A DNA stretch of 64,000 nucleotides. Source: Eledone cirrhosa. Its lineage: Eukaryota. The notes under the pieces are model-generated. The model was not told the DNA's origin. It ran no database searches and worked only from the letters and a program-made list of their open reading frames with translations. Shown here in pieces: positions 62,535-64,000 of this stretch (its first letter is position 1; each line of letters begins with the position of its first letter). Location of the stretch: the NCBI GenBank assembly GCA_964016885.1, contig OZ024761.1, positions 23,932,001 to 23,996,000 of the forward strand, given 5' to 3'. Made by a program: the position numbers and the translations under genes.

Positions 62535-64000
62535 ATGGATGTGTTAAGAGTAGGATGTTTGAATGCACGTGGCCTGGGCTCAACTTGGAAGCAAGCAAAG
62601 CTTCTAAATGACCTCAGGTCATGTAGTATAAATGTAATGGTTATCTGTGAGACTCGAATCAGCGTCATGCGGCAGCTGGCCCCCACCTTCGATGACTTTG
62701 AGGTGCATGCATCTCTCTGTCAACCTGGAGGTGGGGGTGGGGTTGTCGTGCTGATGCAAAAACACCTGGGTCTTGCCGTACAGGTTGTGCACTCGGACCC
62801 GGAGGGTCGTTTGTTGGTGCTAGACGTTGGCAGTAGTGAAAGTGCGGCCTTGAGACTGGTCGCCGTCTACTCCCCTTTCGGAGCTGAACGGCCCGACTTC
62901 TTCCAGCGTTTGGAGACTTTTCTGGGAACGTCGCGTTCCCTGCTTCTAGCGGGGGATTGGAATGACATCCTAGATGCACGTTGGGACTATGCAGGAGCAT
63001 GTCCTAATAGAGGGGGGTGTAACAGCCTCAAGGGGTTACTCGACCGTTTTAACTTGGTCGATAGATATCGACTAGATTTTCCAACTGTGTCTACCTGGAC
63101 TTGGAGAAACCACAGTGGTCAATCTAGATCGTACTTAGATAGATTCTTAGTTAGAAGTAAGGATAGGGACATATTAAGCTGTCCAGAAATGCGCACGGTT
63201 GGCTACACGGATCACAAATTAGTGACCTGCGTGGTCAATCTCGAGAAAACACATAGACAGGGTCCCGGTTACTGGAAACTTAATTTGTCTTTACCGGCAA
63301 AAGAGACTTACAGAAACCGGATTAGCAGATTAGTTAAGGAGAGGTTGACGGGTGCAATCGTCAACAACCGATGGTGGGCATCTCTCAAAAGAGAGATTAG
63401 AACAGAATCAATAAGTTATAGCAAGATGTTAGCTGCCAATAGGAATAGAAACGAGAAAGAATTAACAGGTAAATTAGAAGAGGCAATCAAGAGCGAAGAT
63501 GTGGCCAGAGTGCTGGCATCGAGGACGGCATTGAACCAGTTTTTCGATGCAAAGCATGAAGGCTGCGTCATTCGAAGTAAAATACGTGCTCTAGGTAATG
63601 AGGGGGCCAAAGCCGTTGGATGGGCCCGCGTGACAGAAGCTAAAAGTGGAAATCGATCCACCATCCGGTCGTTGCAAGACGAAGATGGACGAGTGATCCG
63701 GGAGCCTAAGCAGATGTGCGAGGCCTTTCAAAAGCACTTTGCCCGATTGTTCGGGGGAGGCGAGGGTCCGGGCCGGGGCGTGGATTTCGGTCCATACCTC
63801 GACGGCCTGCCGCGTCTCTCGAACAAAGAGGCGGAGTCCTGCGAGGGACCAATCTCGGCTGATGAGATCGGAGATGCGCTGAGCCAATGCAGCAGACGCA
63901 AATCTCCAGGTCTCGATGGTATACCTTACGAACTTTATTTAGCAATGCCGGTCTTCTTCTCCGAACTCCTCGAAGCGGTCTACTGCAATTGGCAGCAGAA
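62535..64000 (+). CDS. LINE ORF2 N-terminal part: AP-like endonuclease and linker up to the RT domain (partial)
   Basis: MDVLRVGCLNARGL, ICETR, AVYSP, GDWN, YLDRF, TDHKLV, GYWKLN, KSPGLDGIPYELY. No terminated plus-strand ORF is listed here, consistent with a frame open to the window end. Confidence 0.92.
   Translation, partial: MDVLRVGCLNARGLGSTWKQAKLLNDLRSCSINVMVICETRISVMRQLAPTFDDFEVHASLCQPGGGGGVVVLMQKHLGLAVQVVHSDPEGRLLVLDVGSSESAALRLVAVYSPFGAERPDFFQRLETFLGTSRSLLLAGDWNDILDARWDYAGACPNRGGCNSLKGLLDRFNLVDRYRLDFPTVSTWTWRNHSGQSRSYLDRFLVRSKDRDILSCPEMRTVGYTDHKLVTCVVNLEKTHRQGPGYWKLNLSLPAKETYRNRISRLVKERLTGAIVNNRWWASLKREIRTESISYSKMLAANRNRNEKELTGKLEEAIKSEDVARVLASRTALNQFFDAKHEGCVIRSKIRALGNEGAKAVGWARVTEAKSGNRSTIRSLQDEDGRVIREPKQMCEAFQKHFARLFGGGEGPGRGVDFGPYLDGLPRLSNKEAESCEGPISADEIGDALSQCSRRKSPGLDGIPYELYLAMPVFFSELLEAVYCNWQQ

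Larger units (their letters stand above)
60384..64000 (+). mobile_element. Apparently 5'-complete Tx1/L1-clade non-LTR retrotransposon (continues past the window end)
   Basis: ~240-bp 5' UTR, ORF1 with a zinc knuckle, ORF2 with APE motifs. Confidence 0.9.

Noticed and set aside
61349-63945. Minus-strand ORFs over the LINE
   Set aside because: Antisense shadows of ORF1 and ORF2.

Overview
Animal genomic DNA, not prokaryotic. It is most likely intergenic or intronic sequence of a coleoid cephalopod (Octopus-like); this is inferred from the microsatellite load and SINE types. Much of the window is (TA)n, (CA)n, (GA)n, (TCTA)n and trinucleotide repeats, so nearly all listed ORFs are artefacts, and no host exon could be supported. 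Supported features: (1) an apparently intact Tx1/L1-clade LINE from 60384 to the window end (CCHC ORF1 and APE ORF2), plus two fragments of it, all abutting (TCTA)n; (2) CRE-type and RTE retrotransposon fragments; (3) tRNA-derived SINEs; (4) a Helitron, a piggyBac-type MITE and a pogo/Tc2-type MITE; (5) 32-bp, 55-bp and 78-bp minisatellites. The most striking signal is a dense set of short elements carrying minimal type I hammerhead ribozymes with palindromic helix III, resembling Penelope-like pLTRs or retrozymes. They fall into several families, sit in or beside (TA)n, and often occur as head-to-head inverted pairs whose two arms share copy-specific variants. Coordinates were read by eye and may be off by a few bases.
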